A DNA stretch of 64,000 nucleotides from Lachnospiraceae bacterium. Lineage in GTDB: Bacteria; Bacillota; Clostridia; Lachnospirales; Lachnospiraceae. The notes beneath the pieces are model-generated. The model was not told the DNA's origin. It saw only the letters and a list, made by a program, of their open reading frames with translations, and did not search any database. Shown here piece by piece: positions 41,850-50,934 of this stretch; the stretch's first letter is position 1; each line of letters begins with the position of its first letter. The stretch spans positions 2,922-66,921 of the forward strand of contig JAFVBO010000124.1 of NCBI GenBank assembly GCA_017479935.1, given 5' to 3'. The translations under genes and the position numbers were made by a program.

Positions 41850-44800
41850 TTACACCTGTATGATCACCTGGTTTTTTAACATCCCCTCCTTGTGATACAG
41901 GTAGCTTGTGGTAATCAAGTCTCCTTCTGCCCCTGGCATTATCCGCGCCTGATAGGTAACAATGCCGTTTGCGTGCGGTCCATAGAGCCCGGTATTAAAA
42001 CCGTTTTTTGTTATGAAATCTTTCATGCGGAGTCCGTTGGGATTCGCTCCGTTCCACAATACGGTAGATCCTTCCACATAAGCCAGCTTCTCCGGCAGAA
42101 TATCTTTGAAAACCACACTTTCTATGTCTCGGCTTCCGGTATTTCTGAATTCTGTTCGAAAATATACGGTATCTCCAGGAGCAGCCTTTAACGGTCCATG
42201 TGTATAAACTTTTCCATCCAAAGATGCCTGTCTGTTCAGGTTGCAGCGCAGACAGGTAGTCCGCACCCGGAAAATAATATACCCTTGGTAGTCTTCGCCG
42301 GCGGGAAGGCGGCCATCCAGCTTGTTGACACCGATATAATGCCCTTTTTTGAATAAATCCGTGGACAGCTTCATCCCGTTCGTATTCCCCGCGTTATGAA
42401 TCTCGGCACTGGCGTTCACATACTTCAGGTCCAAGGGAAGTTCCTCTGTCTTACAGAGCAGGGAGGACCAGATCCATCCAGTCTGCATGCAGGAGAGTCC
42501 ACATACAATCTGTCCGCTTTTCTGAGGCCATATGTCCTGATTGGGAAGGACAGCAACGATCTTTACGTAATCTGCGATGCCCTTTCCGCTCGGGTTTGTA
42601 GCGGGATCTGCGGCGTTGTGATAATGGATCAGAACCTCGTACTCGCTCTGGTCTTTGAGGGTAATCTCCTGCTGCCAGTTTTTCTCTCCCACCAGGCGAA
42701 TGCGGGCAAAGCTGCGTTCGTCGCCCCAGCCCTTTAAGTCGCTCCTGCAGTTAAAGGCAACGGAGGGCGGGTAGGTTCCTGCCTGATAAGCCGCTCTTTC
42801 CGGTCCCCATGCCGTCTTCGGGAAGGCCTGAAATTTCAGGATGATATGGCCGGAGCCATCCGGAGGCACGATGCCATCCAGGGCATCTGTTCCGATCCGG
42901 GTTCCTCCTTTTTTAAAAAGCGATAGCGGCAAAGCAATCGGCGGCTGCCCTTTTTTCCTGTTGCTGTAAAGCATGGCAGAGCCCTGCACATACCGCAGCA
43001 TTAACGGGGTATCACTCCAGACAAACGCATTGCCCCAGACTTCTTTTGTTTCGGTGTTCTCCGCAGAAAGCAGAACGGATACTTTCTTTAACTCAAGGCG
43101 ATCCATTTCCTCCGGCAGAACGACTTGCGCCTTAGCTCCGCGGATCTCGCCGCTCTCCTTTTTTACACAGGCATTGTCAAACAAAATATATAATTCATAG
43201 GTTTCAAACGGATGCAATTTTCGAATACCTTCATACGTTTCGTGTATTCCTTCCTTGGCCACGCGTACGAATGCCCTTTCATCCCCGAAAATGTTGTTGT
43301 CCGTGATGGAATTAAACTCCGGGACGGGGGATGGGCTTTTCATGGTATAGGTAGGACGCACCGGACCCCAGCCGCCTCCTCTGATACCCTTCACCCGATC
43401 GTAGAATTCCTGATTTTTCCGCTCGGTTTCCTCCAGGATTTCCTTGCCTGAACTATCCTGCTTCCTTAAGTCCTCCAGGTCCTTTCTGACCCGCAGAACT
43501 TCACTCAGACCGGCATTCTTCGGGAGCGTGTACATCCTTGCCTGCACTTCTCGCACCTTCTGCACGAGATCGGCAAAACGTGCTTCCCGGGAATACGCAA
43601 GGATGACCTCCCGCACGCTTTGGTGGATGTAATAGCGTTCCTCCTTGTCCTTTCGAATGATGGTATGCTGCAGAAATTCCTGGTAATCACTGATCCGGAA
43701 GTGATTTCCCAGCACCTCCGGGAGGATCGTTTCCGCATCCTTTTTTGACCATTTATCCAGCAGCGCCAGCACGACGGCGATCTCCTGATCGTCCTTTCCC
43801 ATGTAGCGGACAAAGCGGCCAATCACATCACCCGGATTTAAGCCGATCTCTTCCGGTCTTATGATCTTCCCATCCGTTGCCTGTTCATAGTAGGTGTCCA
43901 CGCAAAGATCCAGGAAAAGCGGAACGCCGCCGGAGACCTGAATGATATGGCTTCGAAGAGCAACCGGTATGCCCGCTTTTTCCAGGAAAAAGGCGGCATC
44001 TTCCGCGGAAAACTCCTCCAGGCTGCACTCCTCCATCTCCTGATACGCTTCGTCGCTCTCTTTCCAGCCCAGCTTTTCCCGGCCGCTGATGACCCAGAAA
44101 ACTCCCGGGATACGCTTGATGATATCGCTCTTCAGCCATTCCTCCTCTGACGGGGTGTAGCCGGTATCCGCATAGCGGTTCGTGCAGCTTTCGAACGTGT
44201 CCAGGAAAATCACCAACGGGCAGGCGATTCCCATCTTTTTCAGATTCTGCGCACTCCGGCACAGGTCCTGTCGGAAGTATTCAGGCATAAACTGGCGGAT
44301 CCGCTCCGGGTCCGACTCCGCCCAGATCCGGGTCAGTTCTTTTTCTAATTCCTTCTTCTCCGGATCCCAGAGAGCGCGCAGTTTTTCCTTATAATCCAAA
44401 AGCGTCTGCCAAACCATCTTCCCGGTTCTTAAGGTACTGACCACCGCATCCGCCGCCGGGAGGATCGTCGATAAAATGTCCAGTACCGGATGGTCTAACA
44501 CATCCTGCTCTCCCATCTCCTGAAAGACCGGAAATCCACTCTTTTCCCGATAAGCCAGCTCCGCAGCCGATGTCAGCGGAAACAGCAGGCCCTTTTTTTC
44601 AAGCTGCCGGTATAAGCGAGTAATCACCTGATAAAAGTCTGCAGAATTGTTCTCATAGTCATAGGTAGCATAGATATACTTTTTCTGACTGTCCGCCTCC
44701 AGAATGGATTTGCACTCCTGCAGCAGGCGGGATTTTCCGCTCCCCGCGATGCCGTAGACAGACATCGCAAAGAATTCATCCGGCGCCTGCTGCGCCTGAT

Positions 44801-44897
44801 CCAGAATCTGTTGAAACAAAGCGCGTTCCTTGCGCCGGTCTGTAAAGGTTTTCCGATCCGCGACGGATACCTTCCTCTCTATCTGCATAACTTTCAT
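41850..44897 (-). CDS. STAND-class (NB-ARC/AAA_16-like) NTPase with C-terminal triple beta-sandwich-like region
   Basis: Walker A 'GIAGSGKS', Walker B 'LVIFLDTFE' and an NB-ARC-like 'SGGVPLFLDL' motif. The C-terminal 500 aa contain two paralogous repeats of about 185 aa ('WGP.R..Y....P....FN......GDER.F.R...') and a DUF11-like domain. Confidence 0.8.
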   Translation of the reverse strand: MKVMQIERKVSVADRKTFTDRRKERALFQQILDQAQQAPDEFFAMSVYGIAGSGKSRLLQECKSILEADSQKKYIYATYDYENNSADFYQVITRLYRQLEKKGLLFPLTSAAELAYREKSGFPVFQEMGEQDVLDHPVLDILSTILPAADAVVSTLRTGKMVWQTLLDYKEKLRALWDPEKKELEKELTRIWAESDPERIRQFMPEYFRQDLCRSAQNLKKMGIACPLVIFLDTFESCTNRYADTGYTPSEEEWLKSDIIKRIPGVFWVISGREKLGWKESDEAYQEMEECSLEEFSAEDAAFFLEKAGIPVALRSHIIQVSGGVPLFLDLCVDTYYEQATDGKIIRPEEIGLNPGDVIGRFVRYMGKDDQEIAVVLALLDKWSKKDAETILPEVLGNHFRISDYQEFLQHTIIRKDKEERYYIHQSVREVILAYSREARFADLVQKVREVQARMYTLPKNAGLSEVLRVRKDLEDLRKQDSSGKEILEETERKNQEFYDRVKGIRGGGWGPVRPTYTMKSPSPVPEFNSITDNNIFGDERAFVRVAKEGIHETYEGIRKLHPFETYELYILFDNACVKKESGEIRGAKAQVVLPEEMDRLELKKVSVLLSAENTETKEVWGNAFVWSDTPLMLRYVQGSAMLYSNRKKGQPPIALPLSLFKKGGTRIGTDALDGIVPPDGSGHIILKFQAFPKTAWGPERAAYQAGTYPPSVAFNCRSDLKGWGDERSFARIRLVGEKNWQQEITLKDQSEYEVLIHYHNAADPATNPSGKGIADYVKIVAVLPNQDIWPQKSGQIVCGLSCMQTGWIWSSLLCKTEELPLDLKYVNASAEIHNAGNTNGMKLSTDLFKKGHYIGVNKLDGRLPAGEDYQGYIIFRVRTTCLRCNLNRQASLDGKVYTHGPLKAAPGDTVYFRTEFRNTGSRDIESVVFKDILPEKLAYVEGSTVLWNGANPNGLRMKDFITKNGFNTGLYGPHANGIVTYQARIMPGAEGDLITTSYLYHKEGMLKNQVIIQV

Positions 44898-45008
44898 GAT
44901 GTCACTCCTTCCGCATTGGTGCCTGTCTCCATGAAGAGAAAATGAAAGTCATGCATTTGTTCTGGCTTCATGGTTTTTCATCTCTCTCCTTCCATTGACC
45001 CATTCATA

Positions 45009-45230
45009 TCACTTGGTACTCATCTTCTGCTCAAATGCTGTCTCTGTGATACCTGCGCGTTTGGCTGCATCCTTAACAGAAAAGGATGCCATCCTTGACC
45101 AGTGAAATAAGTGTATCTATGATACCCTCGGCACGTCCTTCTCTTCTCCCATCTTCTGAAAAAGAGTACCACAAAACGGCTACCCTTTCAACCACCTTCA
45201 TGCGGAAAAAATCCCCCTGGTTCTAGCCGG
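45009..45230 (-). pseudogene. internally deleted copy of the Rpn-family gene (5' leader fused to 3' end)
   Basis: 45009-45150 aligns with 56696-56846, the 3' end of the intact gene. 45150-45230 aligns with 57586-57660, its upstream leader. The junction is at the shared CATCTTCT. There is also a 1-nt indel in the coding remnant. Confidence 0.75.
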
Positions 45231-45338
45231 ATCAGCAACACTCGAATAAAAACACCAGTCACGCTAAACAGCATTTTCCCAGATTTTTAACCTTGTGCCA
45301 GCGGTTGCCCCGTAAAAACGCCGGGGCTTCTCCTTTTT

Positions 45339-45998
45339 TCATTCTGCAAAATAGCGAAATACGACCTCATAATCCGGCGCGCTCGCATTGCAGTCTGAAT
45401 AAGAGCGCATTTCAACAACATTCCCGTTTTCGTCCTTGACAAGCTCATTGCGATACATATAGTTGGGGTTCGTCTGACAGCCCGCCACGACCAGTTCCGA
45501 ATCCGGATCATATATAGCGATGCTCATACTCTCAAAGTTCTCGCCATTCGGATCGCTTTCTACTCTTTCCATAATGAGACGGTGTTCTGAATCATACAGC
45601 CTGTAATATTTCTTCTTCAGCTCATCCCCTTTGTAAAATAAGACAATATCCGCATTGTCTTTTTCGTTATGCGTGTACTTGCGATATCCCGTCATTTCAC
45701 CATTCGTAAAGTTGCGGACCATCTTCAGCTTGCCTTGGTCATCGTACTCGTACAGGCTGTATCGTTTAGTCTCGCCTTCCGCATCCGTTTCTGTCACGTC
45801 AATTCTTAACACTTTTCCTGCATCATCTCTTATATACAGATCTTCGCTTTTATAAGGATATACACCTCTCATATCCGTCCACTGACGTACAATTTGCCCT
45901 CGCTCATTATACTCTGATATGATATAAAACCCCTCTTTCTTGGCAGCAAAACCCTTCTGCATTTCTTCCACACGCTTATAGCCACCTTTGACCCTCAT
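45339..45998 (-). CDS. hypothetical cytoplasmic protein with YD/MORN-like repeats
   Basis: 219 aa with the repeated pattern 'Y.YD..G.L...' (YNERGQIVRQW, YEYDDQGKLKMV, YDSEHRLIMERV, KDENGNVVEMRSY). It resembles YwqK-type immunity/antitoxin proteins. No signal peptide. Confidence 0.5.
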   Translation of the reverse strand: MRVKGGYKRVEEMQKGFAAKKEGFYIISEYNERGQIVRQWTDMRGVYPYKSEDLYIRDDAGKVLRIDVTETDAEGETKRYSLYEYDDQGKLKMVRNFTNGEMTGYRKYTHNEKDNADIVLFYKGDELKKKYYRLYDSEHRLIMERVESDPNGENFESMSIAIYDPDSELVVAGCQTNPNYMYRNELVKDENGNVVEMRSYSDCNASAPDYEVVFRYFAE

Positions 45999-46107
45999 GC
46001 CAATTCCTCCTCAATCAAAATGTTTGTCTTTTAGGAAAAAACTGATGCGTTCATTATAGCAGGTCGTGTATAAAAAGGAATCAACCATTAGTTAAAAGCT
46101 TACTATG

Positions 46108-46196
46108 TCATTTGATACTCATCTGCTGCTCAAATGCCGTCTATGTGATACCTGCACGTTTTGCTGCATCCTTAATAGAGAGGATTCCATCCTTGT
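46108..46196 (-). pseudogene. 3'-end remnant of an Rpn-family gene
   Basis: About 90 nt are roughly 85% identical by eye to 56696-56785, encoding ..GILSIKDAAKRAGIT... Confidence 0.7.
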
Positions 46197-46303
46197 GACT
46201 CCGTATTCTTCCTCTTTCCTGGCAAATGCTGGATGAAAGCAAAAGATAAAAAGAAGCGAAACCACACGAGGGCGATGCCTGGCTACAGAGTAGATAGGCA
46301 GTG

Positions 46304-46336
46304 AAAAAAGCAGAGCGTTTCCGCTCTGCTCTTTCC
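46304..46336. terminator. bidirectional terminator (shared 28-nt sequence with 59374..59404)
   Basis: AAAAAAGCAGAGCGTTTCCGCTCTGCT has an 8-bp stem, an A-run upstream and a T-rich stretch downstream. It lies 3' of the last gene of the GH3 operon. Confidence 0.7.
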
Positions 46337-46388
46337 TTTCCACTATTGGTATCGTGAAGCATTCACATCCACATGCTTCATCATTGTT

Positions 46389-46775
46389 CTAGCGCACTTT
46401 CTTCAATATCGCTGTGATCAACGCAAATACGAGCGCGGCGCTGAAAAGAACCATGTCGATATAAAAGTAGATGTTGATGTCGGACAGGTTTACCTGCATC
46501 AGGTTGATGGATTCCAATCTTCCGATCAGATAATAACCGAAGCAGAATGCCGTCAACGCTGCCCCGATAATGACATCGAAGCCTTTCAAATTGAACAGAA
46601 TACCCAGCAAATAGACAGCGATGGCAATTCCACCCAGGACCGGAACCAACGACGAGTAATTCCGAAGTATAGCGGGCGCATAAAAAAGCAATGCCAACGC
46701 CAGGAGAACAGCCGTCAGACCGGCCAGAAAGCTTCCCGTACGATCCATCTTGATCGTTTCTGCAGGTGATTTCAT
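46389..46775 (-). CDS. small 4-TM membrane protein (GH3-associated family)
   Basis: AAAGGAGGTG RBS plus ATG at 46775, overlapping the upstream stop (ATGA). It is similar in length, topology and the 'GYYL' motif to 60617..61009. Confidence 0.65.
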   Translation of the reverse strand: MKSPAETIKMDRTGSFLAGLTAVLLALALLFYAPAILRNYSSLVPVLGGIAIAVYLLGILFNLKGFDVIIGAALTAFCFGYYLIGRLESINLMQVNLSDINIYFYIDMVLFSAALVFALITAILKKVR

Positions 46776-47173
46776 GATTCCACCTCCTTTGTATCTCCGA
46801 AGCACGCAATCACCGATGAGATCCCCATCAGGCATCCAAGCGTCAGGTAAAGGCACACGGAGCGGTAATCGCCGTTTCGGAAGTTTAAGTCATTGTAGTG
46901 ATCGGCCACAATAGGGGCCGCATGCATAAAGATAAAACCAAGACCCACTGCGAAAATGATTGCCGTGACAAGTGGCATCAGTTTGCTATTCGTGAAGAAC
47001 GTGATCAGCTGAGCTACAATGCCAACCACCAGGATCACGATAATCTCCGTCGCGAAGGTGCGGTCCGCAAACCCCTTCGTCATGGGGCCAACGATAACGA
47101 TGACCAGTGCCAGGATGGCGGCCAGACAGCCAAAATAGGCTGGAAATGTTTTTTTCTTCGAATTTGCTTTCAT
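46772..47173 (-). CDS. small 4-TM membrane protein (GH3-associated family)
   Basis: 133 aa, 16 nt downstream of GH3-1, with four hydrophobic segments. Confidence 0.65.
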   Translation of the reverse strand: MKANSKKKTFPAYFGCLAAILALVIVIVGPMTKGFADRTFATEIIVILVVGIVAQLITFFTNSKLMPLVTAIIFAVGLGFIFMHAAPIVADHYNDLNFRNGDYRSVCLYLTLGCLMGISSVIACFGDTKEVES

Positions 47174-47189
47174 GGATCCGCTCCTCCTT

Positions 47190-50117
47190 CTATTTATTCT
47201 TCTTATCGGACAGATTCTTGCAGAACAGGATAAGCGCTGCGGCAGTCAACAGTCCGATCACCGCATCCAGTGCGATAATAGCAGTCTTCCACCAAGGCGT
47301 TTCATCGCTTACCACGATGGTTTCCTCTGAAATCAGCCCGTTGATCAGCGTGGAGTTGACGTAATTATAGTAATAGCGATGGTTCACCTCGCGGAGCACC
47401 TCATACAGATACGTATCGTTGTTGTCCACCACCAGGCTGTTCATGGTGTTGGTTCTTCTGGCCAGGCAGAACATGCTGGTTCCGGCGATCAGCGAATCCG
47501 CTGTGGGGGTTCTGTCATTCTCCGCGCCCGACGAGTCGGTGATCAGGACGCCATTAAAGCCCCATTCTCCCATCATGATACCGCGGATCAGTGTCTGCGC
47601 CACCGGGCTCATCTTCACACCGATACGGTTCATGGCCAGCATCGAACCACGAGCGCCGCCTTCGGTAAACGCAAGTTCAAAAGCCTTTAATCCGCTTTCG
47701 CGAGCTGTCTGTTCTGTCATGAACGTGCATACACCGGAACGATTCTGTTCCTGATCATTCGCAAAGAAATGCTTCGGCCCTGCGATAACGCCTTTCGCGT
47801 TCATACCTGCCACTTCTGCCGCATTCATGATACCAGTAAACAAGCCATCTTCGGAAGAATACTCAAAGTTACGGCCACCGTAAGGCGTACGGTGAATATC
47901 CAGGCCGGGAGCAAACGCCATCTGACCTCTCGCATAAATGCAATCCTCACCGTAGAAGGATCCCAGCGTGCTCATCACGTCCGTGCTCCAGCTGCTTGCC
48001 GCCAGGTTCTGGATACAATAACAGGTAGGAGAATCCTGTTCCCCATAGCGATATGCCATACCATAACCGTCCGGGCCATCCGCGTTCTTGTTGGCTGGCT
48101 TTGCCACTGTCTGGATCGCACCCTGGCCTAAGGTATCGGAGATGATTGTGGACATATCCATTACGGAAAGCTGATCAAGGAAAGAATCCCACTTTTCATC
48201 ATCATATTCCACACCGTACATATCGGCAAAGGTAATCAACTCATCTCCGACCACACCGTTTATCTGCGCATCCGTCAGGCTGTCCGTGTTGGATTGAACG
48301 TAAATGCGGCTGACCTGCGCCTTCTTGATGGCGTCGTTCATTTCCAGCGCGGCTCCCTGCGGATAAGTGCCTTCCCAGTCGGAGCGGGACAGGTACGTCA
48401 CCACGTCATTCTCATAGAAATCATTTACGTTGATGGCATAATCGCCGGTAAACTGATTGGTCACCGCGTTTCCTGTCACGGCGGAGGATGCGTAGCTGGT
48501 TGTATCCAGCGCAGCCACCTCATACACGCCAACCTTTTCGGCGTCTCCGACTACGGCTGTTCCGTCGATATCAAACAAACCGGTTGCGCCTTTCTTCGCG
48601 AGAATGTTGTTTAACGCGTCGTGCGCATTGTCGCCTAAACCAAAGTAATAGGTTCCGGCATCCAGGATGTAAGTTTTCGCGTTCTTCCAGTCATAAGAAG
48701 CCGTGTAATAACGGTTGATCCGGATTTCCAGCGTTTCGGAGGCACCAGGAGCCAAAAGACCGGTCTTTCCAAATCCGACGATCTGTACGGCTGCCTTCTC
48801 AATGCTGTTTTCCTTATCGTACTCGGTGTAAGGGCTCTGCAGATAGATCTGCGCGACCGACTTGCCGGAGTAGGTATCGCCGGTATTGGTCACCGTCACC
48901 TTCGCCACGAATTCATCAGCATCCGCGTCATAGGTAAAGCTGTCAAGCGTCTGCGAGAAGGTGGTATAGCTTAAGCCGTAACCAAACGGATAGCTGATCT
49001 CTTCCGCATAGTTCCAGTTTCCGGAAGATGCGTAGGTGCCGGCCTTTCCGTTCGCGTTGCCCTGGCCTAAAATGCAGTCTTCATAACGGGTTTCGTAGTA
49101 CTTATATCCTACATAAATGCCTTCCTGGTAAACCAGGTAGGTGTTGCTCGCGGCGCCTTCGGTATCACCGGAGAAGGTGAAACCACCCCAGTTTGCCATG
49201 GCGGGGGAGGAAAGAGAATTGACCGCGTACGTGTCCACCAGATGACCAGAAGGAGACGCCGTGCCCTTTAACAGGTTGGCCACACCGGTAAAGCCATAAC
49301 GACCGGGCTCACCGATCCACATGCAGGCGTTTACGCCGTACTCTTCTTCCTCGATCCAAGAGAGCTCCATCGCGTTGCCGGAGTTGATCAGAACGATCAC
49401 CTTGGTAAAACCTTCCTCCTGAATCATCTTCAAAAGGTCCTTCTCTTCCTGATGCAGTGCCAGTTGCGGAAGTCCATCGGCATCCTCGGTATCAAAATCC
49501 TGGCCTTCGCCGGAATCGCGCGAGAGCAACACGATCGCCGCGTCCTTATAGCCGTCAAAGCTGGCCTTTAAGGCGTCGGTATAGAAAGCAGCATTTTCCT
49601 CGCCGATTTTGGATTTGACCGTCGTCTGGTTTCCTTTTACGCGTGCCGTGGAGCTGGACGCATAAGCATTATACAGGGTTTCGTTGATGGAATAGCCCGC
49701 TTCTTCCAGGGCCGCCTTCAGGCTGACCGCCGTTTCGGCCGATACGATACCGCCGCCGGCATGGGACTTGTAGATGGGGTCCGCGCTGGCCCGGCCAAAC
49801 AGGGTGATGTTCTTCACATCTGCCGAAAGGGGCAAAGTGCCGTCGTTCTTAAACAGCACCGAGCCTTCTTCCATTTCACGAATGGCAAAAGCGATTTCAT
49901 CCGCTACCAGTTTTGCCAGATTTTCATCCGAAAGGGGACCGTACGCGCTCTCGTATACCATTTCCTCCGACATACCGCTAACCGAGCCGGATTCAATCCC
50001 TAAAACCGCGTTGATGGAACCGTCATTTTCAAAGGCGACGGAGCTCATAAACAAAAGCAGGGTCAGAACTAGCGCCAGACCAGCCGTTATGCCGCGCCAG
50101 AATACCGATTTTTTCAT
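47190..50117 (-). CDS. glycoside hydrolase family 3 protein, domain-permuted, N-terminal signal anchor and C-terminal TM anchor (GH3-1)
   Basis: The GH3 C-terminal/Fn3-like signatures come first ('VLFKNDGTLPL', 'SVAQIYLQSPY...VGFGKT.LLAPGASETLEI'). The TIM-barrel signatures come last ('GPKHFFANDQEQNR', 'WGFNGVLITDS'). The tail is 'WWKTAIIALDAVIGLLTAAALILF'. ATG at 50117 after GGAGG. Confidence 0.85.
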   Translation of the reverse strand: MKKSVFWRGITAGLALVLTLLLFMSSVAFENDGSINAVLGIESGSVSGMSEEMVYESAYGPLSDENLAKLVADEIAFAIREMEEGSVLFKNDGTLPLSADVKNITLFGRASADPIYKSHAGGGIVSAETAVSLKAALEEAGYSINETLYNAYASSSTARVKGNQTTVKSKIGEENAAFYTDALKASFDGYKDAAIVLLSRDSGEGQDFDTEDADGLPQLALHQEEKDLLKMIQEEGFTKVIVLINSGNAMELSWIEEEEYGVNACMWIGEPGRYGFTGVANLLKGTASPSGHLVDTYAVNSLSSPAMANWGGFTFSGDTEGAASNTYLVYQEGIYVGYKYYETRYEDCILGQGNANGKAGTYASSGNWNYAEEISYPFGYGLSYTTFSQTLDSFTYDADADEFVAKVTVTNTGDTYSGKSVAQIYLQSPYTEYDKENSIEKAAVQIVGFGKTGLLAPGASETLEIRINRYYTASYDWKNAKTYILDAGTYYFGLGDNAHDALNNILAKKGATGLFDIDGTAVVGDAEKVGVYEVAALDTTSYASSAVTGNAVTNQFTGDYAINVNDFYENDVVTYLSRSDWEGTYPQGAALEMNDAIKKAQVSRIYVQSNTDSLTDAQINGVVGDELITFADMYGVEYDDEKWDSFLDQLSVMDMSTIISDTLGQGAIQTVAKPANKNADGPDGYGMAYRYGEQDSPTCYCIQNLAASSWSTDVMSTLGSFYGEDCIYARGQMAFAPGLDIHRTPYGGRNFEYSSEDGLFTGIMNAAEVAGMNAKGVIAGPKHFFANDQEQNRSGVCTFMTEQTARESGLKAFELAFTEGGARGSMLAMNRIGVKMSPVAQTLIRGIMMGEWGFNGVLITDSSGAENDRTPTADSLIAGTSMFCLARRTNTMNSLVVDNNDTYLYEVLREVNHRYYYNYVNSTLINGLISEETIVVSDETPWWKTAIIALDAVIGLLTAAALILFCKNLSDKKNK

Positions 50118-50142
50118 ATTCAATCTGCCTCCTTCCGTGATT

Positions 50143-50934
50143 TTACTGTTTCAGCGTGCCATCCGGCGCGGTGCGGTTAGAGCTGGAAAGGCTTCCGCTG
50201 GCCAGATACGCGTAGCTGGAATACTGAACTGTGTTTTCATAGTCCAGGTTGCATACAACTGATGTATTTAAGGACTGTCCCTTCTCCGTGATGTTGAAGA
50301 AGAACTGGATGACGTTGGTGAGGGAGTCCGTATAGGCGACCGGTTCTGTGGAAACCGTATACTTCTTGTACTGGATCATGTCGCCGTCAGCTGAATAGTC
50401 AAAAGAATTCTGAACATAAATCGTCAACTCTCCATCCGCTTCTTCCCAGTAACCATAGTACAGCTCTACCACTTTTGTTTTACTGTTGAACTCGTCCTCT
50501 TCCGGTGTCTCACCCGCCAGATAGTCAAACATGCTGGGGATCAGGAACGTTCCAAGCCATCCCTTGATGGAACCGTCCTCATACAGATTCATCACGTAGG
50601 CAAAGTAATTTGCCAGACCATTATTGTGGTCATCCGCCGGATAGCTGACAAACTGATAGGCCACCGGCTTTTCCGCCCAGTAATCATAGTAATCGGTCGC
50701 TTCCGGATCCAGCGTCTCCCCTTCTTTTAAGAACAAGGTGTGATAGTTCACATGATCTGCCGGTATTTCCATATCCGCATACAAAGAATGATACTCAGGA
50801 TAAATCATATCCGCCCATTCCTTCTGGTCCGTCTGCTCCTGGACTTCCGAGGAATTGCCGTCACCGCAGCCAGCTAAACTACTGATACCAAGCACCAGGG
50901 CCATCAGGCCCGCTAACAGTTTTCCTTTTCTCAT
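50143..50934 (-). CDS. lipoprotein, unknown function
   Basis: ATG at 50934 overlaps the GH3-2 stop (ATGA). The N-terminus is MRKGKLLAGLMALVLGISSLAGC|GDG (lipobox). Confidence 0.7.
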   Translation of the reverse strand: MRKGKLLAGLMALVLGISSLAGCGDGNSSEVQEQTDQKEWADMIYPEYHSLYADMEIPADHVNYHTLFLKEGETLDPEATDYYDYWAEKPVAYQFVSYPADDHNNGLANYFAYVMNLYEDGSIKGWLGTFLIPSMFDYLAGETPEEDEFNSKTKVVELYYGYWEEADGELTIYVQNSFDYSADGDMIQYKKYTVSTEPVAYTDSLTNVIQFFFNITEKGQSLNTSVVCNLDYENTVQYSSYAYLASGSLSSSNRTAPDGTLKQ

